A DNA stretch of 64,000 nucleotides from an uncultured Chloroflexia bacterium (lineage in GTDB: Bacteria > Chloroflexota > Limnocylindria > Limnocylindrales > CSP1-4), in contig CAVYIM010000007.1 in the NCBI GenBank assembly GCA_963768655.1, positions 224,001 through 288,000 of the forward strand, read 5' to 3'. Under the pieces are notes generated by a model. That model was not told the DNA's origin, did no database searches, and was given only the letters and a program-made list of their open reading frames with translations. This document shows, one piece after another, positions 57,115 to 64,000 of this stretch. How positions within the stretch are numbered: position 1 is the stretch's first letter; each line of letters begins with the position of its first letter. Position numbers and translations under genes: made by a program.

Positions 57115-58946
57115 TCATTCGCCCCGGGCCGAGCGGCGCCAGGCATCGGCTCTGGCCAGGAGCTCCTCCGCGCTCGCGCGCGCCCCGGCGCCGCCCTCCG
57201 CGCCGGCGAGCATCTGGGCCAGCTCCTCGACGCGCTCGTCCGGTCCGAGGCGGCGAACCTCGGTCACGGTCCGACCGTCGCGCTGGCGCTTCTCGATCCG
57301 GAACTGGGCGTCGGCGTACGCGGCGATCTGGCCGAGGTGGGTTACGCACAGAACCTGATGCGACCGCGCCAGCTCCCACAGGCTGCGACCGACCGGCTCG
57401 GCGCTCCGTCCGCCGATGCCGGAGTCGATCTCGTCGAAGACGAGCGTGGGGGTGTGATCGGCCTCGGCGAGGATCTGCTTGATGGCCAGAGCGACGCGAG
57501 AGAGCTCGCCGCCGCTGGCGATGCGCGCCAGAGGCCGTGCGGGCTCGCCGGGGTTGGGCGCGATCAGGAAGACCACCGCGTCGATGCCGGATGCCGTCGA
57601 ACGCGACAGGCTCGCCATCGACCTTCGACTGCCGGCTCGGCGGGGCCCGGCTGGCGGCGCGTCACGGCCACCTGGAAGCTGGTCTGGCGAAATCCCAGCC
57701 CGACGAGGGCCTCCTCGACCGCCTTGGCGAGCAGCTGAGCCGCCGTCTGCCGGCCGCGGGAAAGCGCCGCGGAGGTTGTCGCCACCACTTCCAGCAGCCG
57801 CACCGCCTCTGCCTGGCGCCTCTCACGCGAAACCTCCAGCGTCCGCAGCCGCTCGTCCTCGGCCGCCGCTCGCTCGCCGTAGGCGATGACGGCGGCCTCG
57901 TCCTCGCCGTACTTGCGCTCCAGCGAGTAGATGACCGAGAGACGCTCCTCCAGTCGCGAAAGCGCGGCCGGGTCGTGCTCGACGCTCTCCGCCAGCGTGG
58001 CCGCCTCGGCGCCCGCGTCTTCCAACTCCGCCGCCAACCCGCCGAGTCGCTCGGCCAACGCGGTGTAGCGTTCGTCGAGCTTCGCCAGGTCGCGAGCCCG
58101 ACGAGCCGCCTCGGCCGTGGTTTCCCGGGCGCCGGTCCCCTCCCCCGCCAGCAGGTCGTGGATCTCGGCGCTCCCGCGGGCGATCGACTCGGCGTGCTGC
58201 GCCGACGAAAGACGGCCTCGAATCTCCGCGGCCTCCCCGATACGCAGCCTGGCGCCGGCGATCTCAGCGACCTGGTGCTCCTGCAGCTCCAGGCGGCGGG
58301 CCAGCTCCCGGGGATCCAGCGCCAGCTCGGCCAGCGCGGCCTGGTTCACCCGCCAGGCCTCGACCGCCGCGGTCGTGGCGGCGCGCTCCGCCTCGAGGCC
58401 CCCGAACGCGTCCAGGAGCTCGCGCTGCCAGCGTTCGTCGAGAAGACGCTGCTGGTCGTGCTGCCCGTGTATCTCCACCAGACGTCCGGCGACGCCCGCC
58501 AGGCGGGCGGCGGTGACCGACTCATCGTCGATCCGGGCGGTGGACCGCCCTGCCGCCGAAACCTCCCGCACGCAGATCAGCGGCTCCGGAGCACGATCGA
58601 AGAGCGCCTCCACCCGCGCCGAGTCCGACCCGTGGCGCACCAGAGAAGTGTCGGCGCGCGCCCCGACAGCCAGCCCCAGGGCATCGATGAGCAGGCTCTT
58701 GCCGGCACCGGTCTCTCCCGTCAGGACGTTGAGCCCGGGCTCGAAGGAGATCCGCAGCTTCTCGATCAGGGCCAGGTCGTGAACCGCCAGCTCCGCCAGC
58801 CGGCCGGCGGCCATGGGTCGCACCGCGTTTACGTCCGGGCCTGGAACCGCGGCGCCGTCCATGCCAGCGTCGGCCCCCGGCGCGTCCTCGTCTGTCCGGC
58901 TCCGCCCGGGTTCGGCAACGATCTGCGCCCGCGCAGACTCGGTCAT
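57115..58946 (-). CDS. recN: DNA repair protein RecN; two +1 frameshifts near 57623 and 57595
   Basis: LTGETGAGKS, IHGQHDQQ, then in another frame NPGEP..PL..IASGGELSR, FDEIDSGIGG, QVLCVTHL; deleting two bases gives VEVDGEPVAFDASGIDAV. Confidence 0.92.
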
Positions 58947-59788
58947 GACGGCAGCAGCTCCGACTTCTGGCGAAGCAGATCCCAGAACGGGATGGCACCA
59001 CGCGGCTCGATGAAGCGGATCGGCCGGGGCATCTCCGACACGCAGACGACGTCGCCGACGGACAATCGCCGGTCCTCACGCCCATCGACGCTCATGAGCA
59101 CGTCGTACGCATCGAGGATACGGACTCGGACGGTGTGCCTCGGGCTGACCACGACGGACCGGATCGCGGAGAGATAGCCCGCGATCGGGGTCACGATCAG
59201 ATTTCGGCTGGTTGGATCCACGATCGGGCCGCCCGCCGAGAAGGAGTAGCCGGTCGAACCAGTCGGGCTAGAGACGACCAGTCCATCGGCCGTGAAAGTG
59301 GCGAGATGCGACGGCCCGATCTCCACCTCGATGCGGCATACGCGTGCCAGCGAACCGCGGGCTACGGCTATGTCGTTGAGCGCGAAGAAGGTCTCGCTGG
59401 CCTCGGGCCGGCCCGCCGGATGAATCTCCGCGTGCAGCGCCATGCGCGCCTCAAGCGCGAAGTCGCCCGCCGCCAGGTGGGCGAGCACCGCCTCCACGTC
59501 GCCGGTTTCGACCTTCGAAAGGAAGCCGACCTTGCCGAGGTTCACGCCCAGGAGCGGCACGTCCACTTCCGCGACGGCCCGGGCCGCCCGCAGGAAAGTC
59601 CCGTCGCCGCCGAGAACGACCAGTGCGCCGGTGTCCGGAAGCTCGCGAACGACGGCCTTGGTCTCGCCGGCAGGGGCAGCCCAGTGAGCAATGCCCCGCA
59701 CCTCGCACCAGCCCTCGGCACGCTCACGCAGGTCCAGCGCCGCCTCCTTGGTGGGGTTGTACGCAAAGCCGATGCGATCGAGCGTCAT
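58943..59788 (-). CDS. nadK: NAD kinase
   Basis: LGGDGTFL, GVNLGKVGFL, ALND, ADGLVVSSPTGSTGYSFSAGGP. Confidence 0.95.
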   Translation of the reverse strand: MTLDRIGFAYNPTKEAALDLRERAEGWCEVRGIAHWAAPAGETKAVVRELPDTGALVVLGGDGTFLRAARAVAEVDVPLLGVNLGKVGFLSKVETGDVEAVLAHLAAGDFALEARMALHAEIHPAGRPEASETFFALNDIAVARGSLARVCRIEVEIGPSHLATFTADGLVVSSPTGSTGYSFSAGGPIVDPTSRNLIVTPIAGYLSAIRSVVVSPRHTVRVRILDAYDVLMSVDGREDRRLSVGDVVCVSEMPRPIRFIEPRGAIPFWDLLRQKSELLPS

Positions 59789-60627
59789 GCTCCGGCCAGC
59801 TCTCCGAACCTGATCGCCCACTCGGGCGGCAACTCGACGGAGCCGCCCTCGACCGGGACGTATCCCGCCGGCACCTCCAGCTCGACGAAGAACTCGCGAT
59901 TCCCTGCCGGACCGGTGATCGGCGAGGCCACGGCATCGCGCAGCCTCAACCCGATCGCCAGCGCGTGCCGGCCGACCGTCTCGAGCGTCTGGCGGTGTAT
60001 CTGCGGATCTCGCACCACGCCGTCACGGACCTGTGCGCGGCCCGCCTCGAACTGGGGCTTCACGAGGGCCACGATGATGCCGCCGAGGGGCCCGAAGCAA
60101 GTGGCCACCGGACCGAGAATGCGGTCCAACGAGATGAACGACACGTCGACCACAGCCAGATCGACCGCCGTGGGGAGTATCCCGGGCCCGAGGGCGCGGG
60201 CGTTCGTCCGCTCCATGGAGACGACGCGCGGGTCGTGGCGGAGCGTCTCCGCCAGCTGGCCGCGGCCGACGTCAACCGCGTAGACGCGGCTCGCATCCCG
60301 CTGCAGCAGCAGATCCGTGAAACCGCCGGTTGATGAGCCCACGTCCAGGCAGACGAGCCCGACCGGCTCCACTCCGAACGCGTCGAAGGCGGCGCGCAGC
60401 TTGATACCGCCACGCGACACGAACGGCGGAGGCGCCTCAACCTCGAGAGCGATCGTGGTCTCCACCAGATCGCCAGACTTGCGGTCGGTTCGGGCTGCCT
60501 CGCCCTCTCCGACTCGTACGTGACCACCCAGGATCAACGCCTGGGCTCGCGTCCGAGATTCGGCGAGGCCTCGCTCGACCAGGAGCTGGTCGAGGCGCTG
60601 TCGAACTGGCCGAGCAGCAGGGCTCAT
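59785..60627 (-). CDS. tlyA: TlyA family rRNA methyltransferase
   Basis: RLDQLLVERGL..SR, FVSRGG.KL, LDVGSSTGGFTD, DVSFISL, LVKPQFE, GPAGN.EF. Confidence 0.95.
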   Translation of the reverse strand: MSPAARPVRQRLDQLLVERGLAESRTRAQALILGGHVRVGEGEAARTDRKSGDLVETTIALEVEAPPPFVSRGGIKLRAAFDAFGVEPVGLVCLDVGSSTGGFTDLLLQRDASRVYAVDVGRGQLAETLRHDPRVVSMERTNARALGPGILPTAVDLAVVDVSFISLDRILGPVATCFGPLGGIIVALVKPQFEAGRAQVRDGVVRDPQIHRQTLETVGRHALAIGLRLRDAVASPITGPAGNREFFVELEVPAGYVPVEGGSVELPPEWAIRFGELAGA

Positions 60628-60729
60628 GCCTTCAATCGTGGCACACCCTGATCATCTCGTGCTGCGCTGGCGCGCGGTCCGGCGCTTGACGGGCTGAGCC
60701 CGGCGCCAACCCGCCCACCGAGAAAGCAA

Positions 60730-62871
60730 TCAGGCCAGCGGCGCGTTCGGGCGCCCCGCTGCCGCGGTTTCGGTCTGTCGGACCGAGGGCGTCACCCGCA
60801 TTCTTGCCAGCGTCTCGCGTATCTGTCCCGCGATGCCCTCCGCATCCAGGCGCAGCAGGCGGCGCAGATCGTCGACGGAGCCATGGTCCACGAACCGGTC
60901 AGCGGGAATGCCGACGATACGCACCGTCACGTCCCGATATGCCGGATCGGCCACCCGCGCCTCTTCGACCAGCTCCAGGACCCCCACCCCGAACCCGCCG
61001 GTCACGACGCTCTCCTCGAGGGTCAGCAGCAGCTTCTTCCCGCGCGCCTGATCCAGGATCAGCTGGCGATCGAGCGGCTTGGCGAAGCGGGCATTGATGA
61101 CCCCCACCGACCAGCCGTCCTTCTCGAGCATGCAGGCCGCCTCACGGCCGCGCTCCACGATGGGGCCGAAGCCCACTATCAGAATCTGACTGCCCTCGCA
61201 CAGGACCTCGCCCACGCCGATCGGGAGAATCTCGGGCGTTCGCACGGGGACGCCGTAGCCGGGGTCGCGCGGGTAGTGCAGCGAGAAGGGGTGGTCCTGA
61301 GCGAAGGCGGTCCGGACCAGCGAGCGAAGCTCCTGCTCGTCCTTGGGGCTAGCGATGATCATGTGGGGCAGCTGGCGCTGCGTGGGCAGCGTAAACATGC
61401 CCTGGTGGCTCGTCCCGTCCTCGCCGACCAGGCCGGCCCGATCGACGGCGATCACTACAGGCAGATCGTTCTGGCAGACGTCGTGGACCTCCTGGTCGAA
61501 GGCGCGCTGCAGGAACGTGGAGTACAGCGCCACGACCGGCCGCTCGCCGGCGAGGGCCATGCCGGCCGATAGCGCCACGGCATGCTGCTCGGCGATCCCG
61601 ACGTCGAAGAAGCGATCCGGGAACTCGGCCTGGAACGAGTGAAGGCCAGTCCCGGTGGGCATCCCGGCGGTAACGGCCACGATTCGGCGATCTGTCCGTG
61701 CCAGGTCGATGAGCTCCGTGGAGAAGTGGTACGTGTAGTTGGGCGGCTTCGACGCCGCTGCAACCCTGGCCGCCGCCGAAGGCGTACCCATGTCCGCGCC
61801 GCCGGGAACGGAGCTGCCGTTGCCCGACGGCTCGAAGGGGGCCTCGTCCGGCTTCCCGGGGGTCGGCATGCCACTGTCTTTACGCGACAGCGCCGCGCCC
61901 GTCAGCGCCGGGTGGCCGGCGCCGGCATGGATTTCGGGAGCGCGGCCGTCGACGAGTTCGGGCATCGGGGGCAGCGCTGCGCCGTGGAAACCGATCTGGT
62001 CGCGCTCCGCCGGCCGATAGCCGCGTCCCTTGCGTGTCCTGACGTGGACGAGCACCGGACCCGGAACCTCCAGCGCGGCCCGGAAGATGTGCTCCAGGCC
62101 GCGGATGTTGTGACCTGGAATGACTCCGAGGTAGGTGATCCCGAGATCCTCGAAGAGCTGCCCGGGCTGGGCGAAGTTGACCACCATGCGCCGTATTCGG
62201 CGCGACAAACTCAGCGCCGGCCGGCCGACGACCGGCAGCGACTCGACGATTCGATCGTAGGCGGTCTTGCTCTGCTTCCAGGCGCTCGACAGCTTGAGTG
62301 TCGAGAAGTACTGGCTGAAGGCGCCCACAGTGGGGCTGATCGACATGGCGTTGTCGTTGAGGACGATCAGCAGCTGAGTCTGGCGGTGGCCGATGTCGTT
62401 CAGAGCCTCGAGCGAGAGACCGCTGATCAGCGCGGCATCGCCCACTACCACCGCGATCTGCTCCATGGAGTGGCGCAAGTCGCGGGCCGTGGCGAGGCCC
62501 TGAGCGATTGAGAGCCCGGTGCCGGCGTGCCCACCGTCGAAGACGTCGTGCTCCGACTCGGCTCGGCGTGGGAATCCCCCGATCCCGCCCAGCTGCCGCA
62601 GCGTCCCGAACCTGGCATAGCGTCCGGTCAGGAGCTTGTGGGCATAGGCCTGGTGCCCGGTGTCCCAGACGATCTTGTCGCGCGGCGACTCGAGCACGCG
62701 GTGTAGAGCGATCGCCACCTCGACCACGCCCAGCGAGGAGCCCAGGTGGCCGCCGGTCTTGGAAACGGTGGTGACTATGTACTCGCGAATCTCGGCCGCG
62801 AGGTCGTTCAGCTCCTCGTAGCTGAGGCCCCGCAGGTCGCTCGGGCCCTGCAGAGTGGGCAGGATTGCCAA
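60730..62871 (-). CDS. dxs: 1-deoxy-D-xylulose-5-phosphate synthase
   Basis: GGHLGSSLG, WDTGHQAY.HK, GDAA...LEALN, LNDN.MSI, DVGIAEQHA, DRAGLVGEDG..HQG. Confidence 0.97.
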   Translation of the reverse strand: MAILPTLQGPSDLRGLSYEELNDLAAEIREYIVTTVSKTGGHLGSSLGVVEVAIALHRVLESPRDKIVWDTGHQAYAHKLLTGRYARFGTLRQLGGIGGFPRRAESEHDVFDGGHAGTGLSIAQGLATARDLRHSMEQIAVVVGDAALISGLSLEALNDIGHRQTQLLIVLNDNAMSISPTVGAFSQYFSTLKLSSAWKQSKTAYDRIVESLPVVGRPALSLSRRIRRMVVNFAQPGQLFEDLGITYLGVIPGHNIRGLEHIFRAALEVPGPVLVHVRTRKGRGYRPAERDQIGFHGAALPPMPELVDGRAPEIHAGAGHPALTGAALSRKDSGMPTPGKPDEAPFEPSGNGSSVPGGADMGTPSAAARVAAASKPPNYTYHFSTELIDLARTDRRIVAVTAGMPTGTGLHSFQAEFPDRFFDVGIAEQHAVALSAGMALAGERPVVALYSTFLQRAFDQEVHDVCQNDLPVVIAVDRAGLVGEDGTSHQGMFTLPTQRQLPHMIIASPKDEQELRSLVRTAFAQDHPFSLHYPRDPGYGVPVRTPEILPIGVGEVLCEGSQILIVGFGPIVERGREAACMLEKDGWSVGVINARFAKPLDRQLILDQARGKKLLLTLEESVVTGGFGVGVLELVEEARVADPAYRDVTVRIVGIPADRFVDHGSVDDLRRLLRLDAEGIAGQIRETLARMRVTPSVRQTETAAAGRPNAPLA

Positions 62872-62980
62872 GTCATCACTCCCGGGCGACCCCCCTTCTC
62901 GCCCTTGCTGCGCGCGCGCTCACCTACCGGTCGAGTTATCGGTCGAGCGCCACCGAAGTCGTCTGCCGGGCAGTCTACAG

Positions 62981-63250
62981 CTAGTCCGCCTGTTCCTCGG
63001 CCCTGGCCTCGGCGACGGCCAGCTGACCCGCGGCGCGATCCAGAAGACGCTGAACCCGGAGCTCCGCCTGGCCCAGAAGCCCGGCGCAGTGCTCGTGAAG
63101 CGCCACGCCGCGCTCGTACAGCTCGATCGAACGCTCGAGAGGGAGGCCGCCCTGTTCCAGCTCCGCCACCGTCCGCTGCAACTCCACCAGAGCGTCGTCG
63201 AACGTGAGCGAGTCGATGTCCACGGCCTGGGTGGCCGCCTGGTCACTCAT
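62981..63250 (-). CDS. xseB: Exodeoxyribonuclease VII small subunit
   Basis: LTFDDAL.EL...VAELE.G.LPLE.SI.LYERG..L...C...L..AELRV. Confidence 0.92.
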   Translation of the reverse strand: MSDQAATQAVDIDSLTFDDALVELQRTVAELEQGGLPLERSIELYERGVALHEHCAGLLGQAELRVQRLLDRAAGQLAVAEARAEEQAD

Positions 63251-63410
63251 CGGCACCTACCTCATCTGTCTGCGCGGGCTCTTCGTCTGCGGCGCGTGCC
63301 TCGACGGCACGGTCCAGACGAAGCCCCAGCAGGATACCAACCCGGATAGACAACACGAATGCCACGATGGCCCCCGCCACCAGCAGCGCGGCAACCAGTA
63401 GCTCCTGCAT
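63243..63410 (-). CDS. 55-aa single-TM small protein between xseA and xseB
   Basis: MQELLVAALLVAGAIVAFVLSIRVGILLGLRLDRAVEARAADEEPAQTDEVGADE*; ATG overlaps the xseA stop (TGATG), stop overlaps the xseB start. Confidence 0.65.
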   Translation of the reverse strand: MQELLVAALLVAGAIVAFVLSIRVGILLGLRLDRAVEARAADEEPAQTDEVGADE

Positions 63411-64000
63411 CACGAGCGACCACGCCTCGACGATGGGCGCCTCGTGCCGGCGGTCGGGCCGGCATGGGAGTCGACGGTCGCCTCGAACTCGCCCCCGGCG
63501 ACTCGGACCGCGAGCTGCTGGCCGGGGGGCGCCTCGTCGGGCTCGCGGACGATCGCTCCGTCCGAGCGGCGCCTCACGATCGCATACCCGCGGTCCAGCG
63601 TGGCCTGTGGCCCCAGCGCCGCCAGCGCCGCCGAGCTTCGCTCCAGGGCCGACCGCCGCGCCGCCAGCTGCACCGCCACCATGGGGTCGAGCCGCGCCGC
63701 AAGGCGCCGCTCCACATCGACCCGCCGCCCGATCTCGTCCCGCAGGGCCCTGGTTGCCCGATCCAACAGGTAGCCGGCCCGCTCCCGCGCCCCGGCCAGC
63801 TGCGCCGAGGGCCGCAGCCGCTCCAGAGCGCGGCTCTCCGCTCCGAGCTCGGCCCGTGCAGCGGCGATGACGCCGACCGTGCATGCGCCGGCACGTCTGG
63901 TCAGCTCACGCAGAACCGCCACGATCTCGGCGCTGTCCGGCACGACAAGCTCTGCGGCCGCCGAAGGGGTTGGGGCACGTACGTCGGCCGCGAAGTCGGC
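63410..64000 (-). CDS. xseA: Exodeoxyribonuclease VII large subunit, 3' part
   Basis: ADFAADVRAPTPSAAAE, LGPQATLDRGYAIV; truncated by window edge. Confidence 0.93.
   Translation of the reverse strand, partial: ADFAADVRAPTPSAAAELVVPDSAEIVAVLRELTRRAGACTVGVIAAARAELGAESRALERLRPSAQLAGARERAGYLLDRATRALRDEIGRRVDVERRLAARLDPMVAVQLAARRSALERSSAALAALGPQATLDRGYAIVRRRSDGAIVREPDEAPPGQQLAVRVAGGEFEATVDSHAGPTAGTRRPSSRRGRS

Noticed and set aside
62872-62980. ispA remnant between xseB and dxs
   Set aside because: About 110 bp with no DDxxD or coding signal; looks like a promoter/leader
341-63943. Many long antisense and alternate-frame ORFs (e.g. 4599-6395, 13967-15970, 31337-33106, 57537-59177)
   Set aside because: Expected shadows of high-GC3 genes; Arg/Gly/Pro-rich with no recognisable motifs

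Overview
High-GC bacterial chromosome segment with most genes on the minus strand. T-box riboswitches, FemX-MurJ-class A PBP, ScpAB and the cmk-plsC-ispH-der order suggest a monoderm, probably Chloroflexota (Limnocylindria-like); this is inference. It is mostly housekeeping: hisE end, tyrS, PBP1A/murJ/femX, mutS2-mpg-cvpA, thrS and infC-rpmI-rplT-pheST with two T-boxes (specifiers ACC and TTC), three tRNAs (Val-GAC, Arg-CCT, Pro-GGG), a Ni/Co ECF transporter with a divergent Fur-family regulator, a multi-GAF diguanylate cyclase, nrdR-dcd, moaC, an isolated Flp pilin, der-ispH-plsC-cmk-rluB-scpAB, xerD-recN-nadK-tlyA-dxs-xseBA. No CRISPR array, transposase or prophage is evident. The most notable region is 19.7-23.6 kb: a duplicated promoter plus 5' half of tRNA-Val precedes an orphan membrane gene, next to a three-gene exported operon (caspase/gingipain-fold His-Cys protein, stand-alone FTP-PepSY-like propeptide protein, beta-propeller lipoprotein). 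Other signals are two unannotated translationally coupled small ORFs, a 14-bp motif shared by the diguanylate cyclase and pilin upstream regions, several likely leaderless mRNAs, non-AUG starts, and five +1 frameshifts that look like consensus errors. Family calls come from motif recognition, not database searches.
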